Assembly (NCBI GenBank): GCA_035458525.1
Contig: DATHZQ010000014.1
Span: 2,860-66,859, forward strand
Direction: 5' to 3'
Origin: Acidimicrobiia bacterium
GTDB taxonomy: Bacteria > Actinomycetota > Acidimicrobiia > Spongiisociales > UBA5794
Length of the DNA: 64,000 bases
The notes beneath the pieces were generated by a model that was not told the origin of the DNA, searched no databases, and was given only the letters and a program-made list of their open reading frames with translations. Positions 10,201-15,942 of this stretch are shown piece by piece. Within the stretch, counting starts at the first letter, position 1, and each line of letters starts with the position of its first letter. Position numbers and translations under genes: made by a program.

Positions 10201-13100
10201 AGGCGATCCAGGTCGGCCACTTCGCCCGGCTGGTCCTGGTCGTATCGAACGAAGGTCCCGCCATCGCCTCCGGTGTTGTGGTTGAGATCGGGCTGCCCGA
10301 CGGAGCCGCCGTTCTCGCCGGCAACGCCCAGTGGTCGGTGCCCGCCCTGGAACCGGGCGATGAGGCGACGAAAGTCCTGCTCGTCAGGGGAGAAGTGCCG
10401 GCGCTGGTCGGCGTCGTGGCAGAGGTCGTCGAGTCTGACTTGCCCGATGCCGACTCGTCCCCGGCCGACGGTGGCGGGGACGACTACGCAACTGCTTCCA
10501 TCCTGGTGAACGCAGTTCCGCTGGACGCAGTCGGCGCGGTTTTCGTCGTCGACGAGAACCGGAACTCGATGCCCGATGCCTGGGAGGTCCCACCGGCCGA
10601 CGAGTCAGGCTTCGTCGTGACGGTGACCCGTGACGTCCCCGCCGAGTCCGCCGAACCGTTCGCGGTAGCACGTGGCGCCGGTCCGGGCGGGGGCCAACCG
10701 GGTCTCGGGCTTGGACCGGTGCTCGCGCCCTCGCTGTCTCTGATGTTCCAAGACCGAGATTGCGCTCCCGGCAGCGACGGCGCTTGGGTGTGCCGAGGAG
10801 GAGCCTTTGTGCTCGGCGCCGGCGCCGGCTGGTACACGATGACGGTATCCGACCCTGCGGACCTGGGGTACAGGCTCGTGAGCCCCGCCGGGCCCGGCCA
10901 GCCGTACCGCGTCCGCGCCGGGGGCACGGTGGTCTTCCTGCTAGCGCCGCTGAGCCAAGATCCGGGACCACTCCCGCAAGGCATCGAGGGCACGGTGCGG
11001 CAGCTGACGACCAACGGTGAGTCCGTCGCAGTCGAGGGCCGCCGCGTGATTGCGAGGGAGCAGTCGACCGGCAGGATGGGCGACGATGACGTCACGGATC
11101 GGCAGGGCACATACCGGCTCGACCTTCCGCCCGGGACGTGGGAGGTCTCCATTCCGGGCGAAGACGTGGTCGAACCCGCCGCCGAGGCCTGGGTGGTGGA
11201 GCTGCCCCCCAACGAGACGGCAAAGGGGATCGATTTCGGCTTGGCAGTCGAAAGGGCAACCAACCCAGTTCCCGGTTCGCTCACCGTGATCGTGTGGAAA
11301 CGCAGTGCTGATGACTCGAGTGCGAGTGTGAGCCCCGAGTGCGGCGGAGATTTCGATGTCCTCGAAGGTGTCCAGGTGCAGGTGCTTGCGCCCGACGGCA
11401 CACTCCTGGCAAGGAGGACGGACGGCACTGGTTGCGCCATCTTCTCGAACCTCGGTCCCGGCACCTACACGGTTGCGCTGACTGATGAGGGCGTGGGCGC
11501 AGCGCTGCTGCCGGCCGATCGGGAACCCGAAGAGGTCGAGATCCTGCCGGACTCCAATACGAAACACGACATCCCGCTCCAAGCGGGAGAGACGGGCATC
11601 TTCGATCCAGAACCGCCAATCGAGGAGAACTCACCGTTCCCATGGTGGATCCTGCTCTTGATTGTTGCCGCAGTCGGCCTTCTCTGGTGGTGGGGCTCGC
11701 GCAGTCCGCCAGGGGCGAAGCCCTTCCCGCCCCCGCCGGTCGGACACGAGAAAGCGCCCTATCCCGGCCCGCAGTCGTTCACCACGGCCGACCCGCGGTT
11801 CTTCGGTCGTGACAACGAGGTTCGGCGCCTCGTCGCCATGACCTACGCCAACAGGGTGACCGTGTTGTTCGGCCCGTCCGGGGCGGGCAAGACGTCGCTG
11901 CTCCTCGCCGGCTATTTCCCCGCACTCGACGTCGATGACTTCGACGTGTATGACATCGTCCGCTTCCGCGCCGACGAGCCGCGCCGCGGCGGCGGTGCCG
12001 GCAACCCTTTCATCCGAACGGCGCTGGCCACGTGGGCGGGCGAGGAGGGGGTTCCCGACGGGATGACGTTCCGGGATTGGTTCGCAACTCGGGAGCGCAG
12101 GTACGACGAGCTCGGCGATCCCCTTGCACGGGTCCTCGTCTTCGACCAGTTCGAGCAGATGTTCACGCCCTATCCGGAGCGGTGGGAGCAACGGCAGGAG
12201 TTCTTCCGGGAACTCGAGGCGTACTTGGCGCAGGACGATCTCGACCGGATTGTGATCTCGATCCAGGAAGCGCAGCTCGGCGAGCTGGAACCGCTGCTCG
12301 ATCTCCTCGATCTGCACTCCCGGACGCAATTCCGGCTCAATCCGCTCGAGGCGGATGAGGCGGTTGCGGCGCTCGTGCGTCCGCTCGCCAACACAGGGGT
12401 CCGATTCGCGGAAGGCCTGCCGGAGCGGATTGCGACCGACCTCAGGAGAGTTCCGGTCGAGGACGCCGGTCTCGGACCGCAGCCATTGGGGCAGTTCGTC
12501 GATCCCCTACGACTGCAGTTGGTTGCGCTCGCCGCTTGGCGTCGCCGGGGGCGGGCCCGAATGATCGAGACCCAGGAAGTACGCACCTGGACCGGTACAG
12601 AGCAAGCCCTCACCGACTTCTACGACGAAGCCGTGCTTCGAGCCGCTGGAGAAGGTATCGACGAGGGCGAGCTCCGCCGGTGGATCGAGGTCCATCTGAT
12701 CACGTCGGTGGGTGCTCGGTCGCGGGCGTCGTCAGAAGACCTCGCCGGCCTGCCAGAGGCTGCGATCAGGGAGCTCGAACAGAGCGGTCTGATTGTCAGA
12801 GCGCACGGACCAGGAGGTGAGAGCTTCCTCCTCGCGCACGACAGGTTCATCGCTCCGATTCTCGTGGGTAACGAGGCGCATCGCGACAAGCGGCTGGTGG
12901 ATCTGTCCACGAGCCTCCTCACCAGAGCGGCGGCGACGTGGGTGCGCAGCGGGCGCTCCCACGAGTTCCTGCTCAGTGGCGACGAACTCGAGGATGCGAA
13001 GAGTCTGGCGCGGGACCATCCGGAACTCATCCGCGGCACGCAGCGGGCGTTCCTCGAAGAGAGCGAGGCTGCGGCCGCAGCGGGCTCTACGGCGAGCTGA
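7221..13100 (+). CDS. Giant membrane protein: signal peptide, cadherin-like repeat array, DUF11-like and Cna-B/CarboxypepD_reg-like domains, one TM helix, C-terminal cytoplasmic STAND-type P-loop NTPase
   Basis: - Single open frame of 5.9 kb. Start ATG 7221 after GGAGA; ATG 7161 is an alternative.
- Signal peptide ...FLAACGVGALLVATMPLTPALA.
- Six ~95-aa repeats carrying ANDSDPD / ANDVDVDGD / ANDADPDGN / ANDGDPDGD / DNDSDVDGE / QNDDDPDGD and a CDxxxxC loop.
- TM helix WWILLLIVAAVGLLWWWG (11643-11696).
- Then PYPGPQSFTTADPRFFGRDNEV, Walker A GPSGAGKTS (11871-11897) and Walker B VLVFDQFEQMF (12132-12164).
- Helical / winged-helix-like tail. Confidence 0.8.
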   Translation: MRRLERAPSRAARIGLAGPRPSRSSSARRFLAACGVGALLVATMPLTPALADEDLCSGEYVASFGDHLTRGVGRTGDVVELAVAIPPGVYDVTLVSSDNNHPEADQPNESWGALLYADGELIAATGFSDDLDADDDIASFDLAEDVEVLSTVTAAQATLALGGYSITAECAVFEVITQYRPPITEPDEVTTNEDEPVAHDVLANDSDPDEELLTAQIVEQPANGTAWVDDGTGEVVYQPNDDFNGGDSLLYEACDPIPICTGPERLDITVLPVPDPPVAFDDDGVTAEDVAVTIDVAANDVDVDGDLDRTSVSPSDGVNGQTTVDGDGIVTYVPDPGFVGDDGFVYQICDLAGECDSADVAVTVISNAPPVAGDDSATVIEDGLVVIDVVANDADPDGNLDPSTVTLVAGPAAGTVSIDAVSGALTLEPESDSVETQTMQYSVCDTFGACSDPATVVVTVTPVNDAPSFVADAPPLVAINAGPVVVTDWATFDPGPMDEDWQRATYVVDVADPGLFAASPTVDANGTLRFTPGGVEGSTEMTVLVSDDGGTDDNGVDTSPPSTFTIFIGNGLPNAVNDAFVTDEDVPVTINVAANDGDPDGDVLQFSLVSAPSLAKAFDLAADGLLVYEPLDNEFGTDTLIYEACDPGGLCDEAEVTISIVEVNDRPVAQSDKRDDVLEDGAVEIAVLDNDSDVDGEELRAVLGLEMANLPQGEDHGFDPADLGSVRVTDAGTIAYVPPPDSYGTQTFTYHACDPRGLCDPATVTVDVAPVNDAPSFSASNPPAISPDAGRQTIAGWASFTRGPSNEQDQSVSFVVTNVSDPRLFDALPAVTAAGELSYTPSGVAGSSTFTVVARDDGGTANGGRDRSSPGTFEISVRERPDNSPPTVRSDVARTEIGGTVAVDVLQNDDDPDGDRIFVDAAFAAEHGSVEVLANGFVGYTPAAGYYGADSFSYRVCDDGNPVRCAVGIVRVTVEADPADLVDVALNLAGPDPQAIQVGHFARLVLVVSNEGPAIASGVVVEIGLPDGAAVLAGNAQWSVPALEPGDEATKVLLVRGEVPALVGVVAEVVESDLPDADSSPADGGGDDYATASILVNAVPLDAVGAVFVVDENRNSMPDAWEVPPADESGFVVTVTRDVPAESAEPFAVARGAGPGGGQPGLGLGPVLAPSLSLMFQDRDCAPGSDGAWVCRGGAFVLGAGAGWYTMTVSDPADLGYRLVSPAGPGQPYRVRAGGTVVFLLAPLSQDPGPLPQGIEGTVRQLTTNGESVAVEGRRVIAREQSTGRMGDDDVTDRQGTYRLDLPPGTWEVSIPGEDVVEPAAEAWVVELPPNETAKGIDFGLAVERATNPVPGSLTVIVWKRSADDSSASVSPECGGDFDVLEGVQVQVLAPDGTLLARRTDGTGCAIFSNLGPGTYTVALTDEGVGAALLPADREPEEVEILPDSNTKHDIPLQAGETGIFDPEPPIEENSPFPWWILLLIVAAVGLLWWWGSRSPPGAKPFPPPPVGHEKAPYPGPQSFTTADPRFFGRDNEVRRLVAMTYANRVTVLFGPSGAGKTSLLLAGYFPALDVDDFDVYDIVRFRADEPRRGGGAGNPFIRTALATWAGEEGVPDGMTFRDWFATRERRYDELGDPLARVLVFDQFEQMFTPYPERWEQRQEFFRELEAYLAQDDLDRIVISIQEAQLGELEPLLDLLDLHSRTQFRLNPLEADEAVAALVRPLANTGVRFAEGLPERIATDLRRVPVEDAGLGPQPLGQFVDPLRLQLVALAAWRRRGRARMIETQEVRTWTGTEQALTDFYDEAVLRAAGEGIDEGELRRWIEVHLITSVGARSRASSEDLAGLPEAAIRELEQSGLIVRAHGPGGESFLLAHDRFIAPILVGNEAHRDKRLVDLSTSLLTRAAATWVRSGRSHEFLLSGDELEDAKSLARDHPELIRGTQRAFLEESEAAAAAGSTAS
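8607..8924 (+). repeat. Intragenic protein module copy 1 (VNDAPSF... ~106 aa) inside the giant gene
   Basis: VNDAPSFVADAPPLVAINAGPVVVTDWATFDPGP...LFAASPTVDANGTLRFTPGGVEGSTEMTVLVSDDGGTDDNGVDTSPPSTFTIFI. Clearly paralogous to 9531-9851. Confidence 0.6.
9531..9851 (+). repeat. Intragenic protein module copy 2 (VNDAPSF... ~107 aa) inside the giant gene
   Basis: VNDAPSFSASNPPAISPDAGRQTIAGWASFTRGP...LFDALPAVTAAGELSYTPSGVAGSSTFTVVARDDGGTANGGRDRSSPGTFEISV. Same order of conserved positions as copy 1. Confidence 0.6.
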
Positions 13101-13141
13101 CGGGCCCCGCACTCTTCGGCCCGGCTGCGTCGCTGCGTAGT

Positions 13142-13753
13142 ATGCCGCTCATGGACACCCCAGAGCGTCGGGTCGTCGTCGACAGCAAGAAGCGCATCTT
13201 CAAGGACTTCTTCTGGATCGAAGAGGCGTTCGTCCGCTACGAACGATTCGACGGCCAGATGTCCGAATCCGTGAGGCGGCTCAGCTTCGAGCGGGGCGAC
13301 GCCGCCGCCGCCGTCATCGAGGAGCGGGAGACCGGCGACGTCCTCCTGGTCGAGCAGTTTCGTTACCCGACGTTCGGGAAGGGCCCCGGCTGGCTGGTCG
13401 AGACCGTTGCCGGCATCGTCGAGGACGGCGAGGACCCCGAGGTGACGGTCCGCCGTGAGGTCCTCGAGGAGACAGGATTTCAGGTGCGCGACGTCGAGCT
13501 GATCGCCACCTTCTACCCGTCCCCGGGCGGGTCTTCGGAGCGCATCTTTCTCTATCACGTCGAAGTGAGTGCCTCCGACCGTGTTGCCGAGGGGGGCGGC
13601 GTCGGCGACGAGCACGAGGACATCCGCCTGGTGCGGATAGCCCGGAACGATCTCGCTGAGGCAATCACGTCGCAGCGCTTCTCGGACGCCAAGACGATCA
13701 TCGGCCTGCAGTGGCTGCTGAGCAGGCCGCCGAGCGGCAGCTCGTACTGGTGA
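13142..13753 (+). CDS. NUDIX hydrolase, ADP-ribose / NDP-sugar pyrophosphatase-like
   Basis: Start ATG 13142, 41 nt after the giant gene stop; track ORF 12938.. is 5'-extended. Intact Nudix box GIVEDGEDPEVTVRREVLEETGF (13412-13480). The N-terminal beta region (FKDFFWIEEAFVRYERFDG) is typical of NudF/NudK-type enzymes. Confidence 0.85.
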   Translation: MPLMDTPERRVVVDSKKRIFKDFFWIEEAFVRYERFDGQMSESVRRLSFERGDAAAAVIEERETGDVLLVEQFRYPTFGKGPGWLVETVAGIVEDGEDPEVTVRREVLEETGFQVRDVELIATFYPSPGGSSERIFLYHVEVSASDRVAEGGGVGDEHEDIRLVRIARNDLAEAITSQRFSDAKTIIGLQWLLSRPPSGSSYW

Positions 13754-13789
13754 CTGCCGGGGACCCCCACCGAGCGGAGTGAGAGAACG

Positions 13790-15187
13790 ATGGCGAGCCC
13801 TAAGCAGCGGTCATGTTTCGTCGTGATGCCCTTCGGCACCAAGCGCATCCATGCGGCGGCTTCGACCGGCGGCAAGAAGAGGTCGAGCACGAAGAAAGGC
13901 AAAGGAGCGCAACGCTCGGGCAGGACCGCGGCGGGTCAAGATGCGAGCCCGCTGTGGCGGCTCATCGTGCCCGAAGGCGAGGACCGGGAGCAGTACGAGA
14001 TCGACTTCGACCGCCTGTACGAGGAAGTCATCAAACCGGCGGTCACGAGCGTTCCGGGCTACGAGATCGATTGCCGCCGCTGCGACGAGATCCCGTACAC
14101 CGGTTGGATCCACGAGAAGATGATCGAGGCAATCGCAGGTGACGACATCGCCGTCGTCGAACTGACCACCCTCAACCCCAATGTCTTCTACGAGCTCGGC
14201 GTGCGCCACGCACTCAATCGGGGCGTCACGGTGCTGATCCAGCAGAAAGGCCTCGGCGAGAGCATCCCCTTCAACCTCGGCGGCATGTCGGTCGTCCAGT
14301 ACGACCCCGACGATCCGGCGGCCGCCATGGATGAGATTCGCCAGACGATCAGCTCCAGCCTCGCCAGACGAGGCCACGTCGACAGCCTCGTGTTTCGCAC
14401 ACTGGACGATCTCGAAGTTGCGGTGAACCGACCCAAGCCCCTTCATGAGACCGAGACGTTCCGCTACCGACTCGCCGCGGCGCCGGACCGCACGATCGGT
14501 GTCATGACAGGGGACATCGCCAACGTTCACGGTGTCGACGTGTGGGTGAGCTCCGAGAACACCGAGATGATGATGGCCCGTTACCACGAGCGCGCCATCT
14601 CGGCCACGATCCGATACATGGGAGCCGGCAAGAGTTCTGCGAACGCCATCCTGGAGGACACGATCGCCGACGAACTCCTGGTGGCTCTCGGAAAAGCAAG
14701 CAGCGTCCCGGCCGGCACGGTCGTCGTCACCGGTTCCGGCGAGCTGGCGAACACGAACGGTGTCAAGTGGATCTTCCACGCCGCCTCTGTCGTCGGTCAG
14801 ATCGGCAGCGGCTACTCCTCGATCGCCAACCCTTCGGCGTGTGTGGTGAACGCCCTGAAGATGACCGACACCGCTGCGTTCAAGGAGCGCCACGCCGAGA
14901 AGTATGGCGAGTTGCCGGTCCGCTCGATGATCTTTCCCCTGATCGGAACGGGGCAGGCCGGCGGCGACCCCGAGGATGCGTTTGCCGGGCTGGTTCAGGT
15001 GGCGATGGAGTACCTCAAACGCACACCGGACACGACGATCGAGTGCGTCTACTTCCTGGCGTTCACCGACGCCGACCGCGACGTCTGCAAGCGTGTGCTC
15101 GAGTTCTTTCCGAGCCTCGAGCCAGTCGAGGACGAGGAGCCGGGCGGCGGGACAGAGACGGGAGCTCCGGCGGCACCGATGTCCTAG
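13790..15187 (+). CDS. Fusion protein: N-terminal nucleoside 2-deoxyribosyltransferase-like (TIR-related flavodoxin fold) domain and C-terminal Macro domain
   Basis: The N-terminal part reads CFVVMPFG, then a basic insert, then IDFDRLYEEVIKPAV...IAGDDIAVVELTTLNPNVFYELGVRHALNRGVTVLI. The C-terminal part reads IGVMTGDIANVHGVDVWVSSENTEMMMA...GTVVVTGSGELANTNGVKWIFHAASV...IFPLIGTGQAGG, the Macro-type GDI...N... motif and Gly-rich loops. The gene starts 36 nt after the NUDIX stop. Confidence 0.7.
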   Translation: MASPKQRSCFVVMPFGTKRIHAAASTGGKKRSSTKKGKGAQRSGRTAAGQDASPLWRLIVPEGEDREQYEIDFDRLYEEVIKPAVTSVPGYEIDCRRCDEIPYTGWIHEKMIEAIAGDDIAVVELTTLNPNVFYELGVRHALNRGVTVLIQQKGLGESIPFNLGGMSVVQYDPDDPAAAMDEIRQTISSSLARRGHVDSLVFRTLDDLEVAVNRPKPLHETETFRYRLAAAPDRTIGVMTGDIANVHGVDVWVSSENTEMMMARYHERAISATIRYMGAGKSSANAILEDTIADELLVALGKASSVPAGTVVVTGSGELANTNGVKWIFHAASVVGQIGSGYSSIANPSACVVNALKMTDTAAFKERHAEKYGELPVRSMIFPLIGTGQAGGDPEDAFAGLVQVAMEYLKRTPDTTIECVYFLAFTDADRDVCKRVLEFFPSLEPVEDEEPGGGTETGAPAAPMS

Positions 15188-15218
15188 ACGGCAGAGTCTC
15201 GGCCGGCAGCGGCGTGTC

Positions 15219-15770
15219 CTACTGCGAGTATCTCGACTCCCCGAGCACCCGCCTGACCATCGGTTCGAAGAACTCGAGGGGCTCGCTGTCGTAGTCGGGG
15301 TCGAAGGAGACTTGGTCGTAGTCGGCGCAGAAGCGGGCGGTGTCGTCATACCACTCGTGACCGAGGAAGCGGTCCCGGGCGTTGCGGTCTCCCCCGAGGT
15401 GGTGGCTGTAGTAGTAGCCCTGGAACACACCGTGGTGCTTGATGATCCAGTAGACCCGCTCGCTCACGTAGGGACGGAGCACGGCAGCGGCGACTTCGCT
15501 GTGATTCGCCGGGCCGAGGACGTCGCCGACATCGTGCAGCAGTGCCGCAACCACCATCTCCTCGTCCTCGCCGGCGCGGACCGCACGGGTCGCCGACTGC
15601 AGCGAGTGCTCGTACCGGGTTACGGCATAGGGGCTCGGCGCATCCATCTCGCGCAGCCAGCCGAGGATGCGATCGGGAAAGGCGGCAATCTCCGCCGCCT
15701 CGTCCGCGGCGAGAAGCTCGTAGTCCTCTTTGGTGCCCTCGTCCATCCGGGTGAAGCTCACCTGCTGCAT
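15219..15770 (-). CDS. HD-domain protein, PhnZ/TmpB/MIOX-like subgroup
   Basis: Real start ATG 15770 with GGAGG 6 nt upstream (MQQVSFTRMDEGTKEDYELL...), 183 aa. HD signature AALLHDVGDVL plus downstream His residues (IIKHHGVFQGYYYSHHLG). Confidence 0.7.
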   Translation of the reverse strand: MQQVSFTRMDEGTKEDYELLAADEAAEIAAFPDRILGWLREMDAPSPYAVTRYEHSLQSATRAVRAGEDEEMVVAALLHDVGDVLGPANHSEVAAAVLRPYVSERVYWIIKHHGVFQGYYYSHHLGGDRNARDRFLGHEWYDDTARFCADYDQVSFDPDYDSEPLEFFEPMVRRVLGESRYSQ

Positions 15771-15942
15771 TGCAATCCTCCGGGTTGCTACCTCGCGACG
15801 ATGGTGCCGTTCCCTGTGCACGATCGCAACCGACATACCCCGACGCGGCACGCCCACCGAACGTATACTCCCCTCCGTTCCGCTGAGTGAATCGTTCCAC
15901 TCTGCGGAACGGTCGTCCTGGATCCGTCGGGGAGGAGCGAGC

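Noticed and set aside
11560-11700. LPXTG sortase signal ahead of the TM helix of the giant protein (would make it a cell-wall-anchored adhesin with an unrelated downstream gene)
   Set aside because: No LPXTG-like motif precedes the helix (sequence ...ETGIFDPEPPIEENSPFPWWILLL...). The frame continues without a stop for another ~1.4 kb into the P-loop module.
6119-15218. Mobile-element hallmarks (integrase, transposase, tRNA target, flanking direct repeats) around the SIR2-STAND-NUDIX-Macro block
   Set aside because: None found by reading the borders. The only border structure is the 9-bp hairpin at 6138-6162. The block is called an insertion only on the basis of functional discontinuity.
13811-15430. 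539-aa minus-strand ORF antisense to the NDT-like/Macro gene
   Set aside because: Low-complexity Arg/Ala/Gly/Asp-rich translation with no motifs. The plus-strand frame carries clear domain signatures. Typical antisense shadow ORF.
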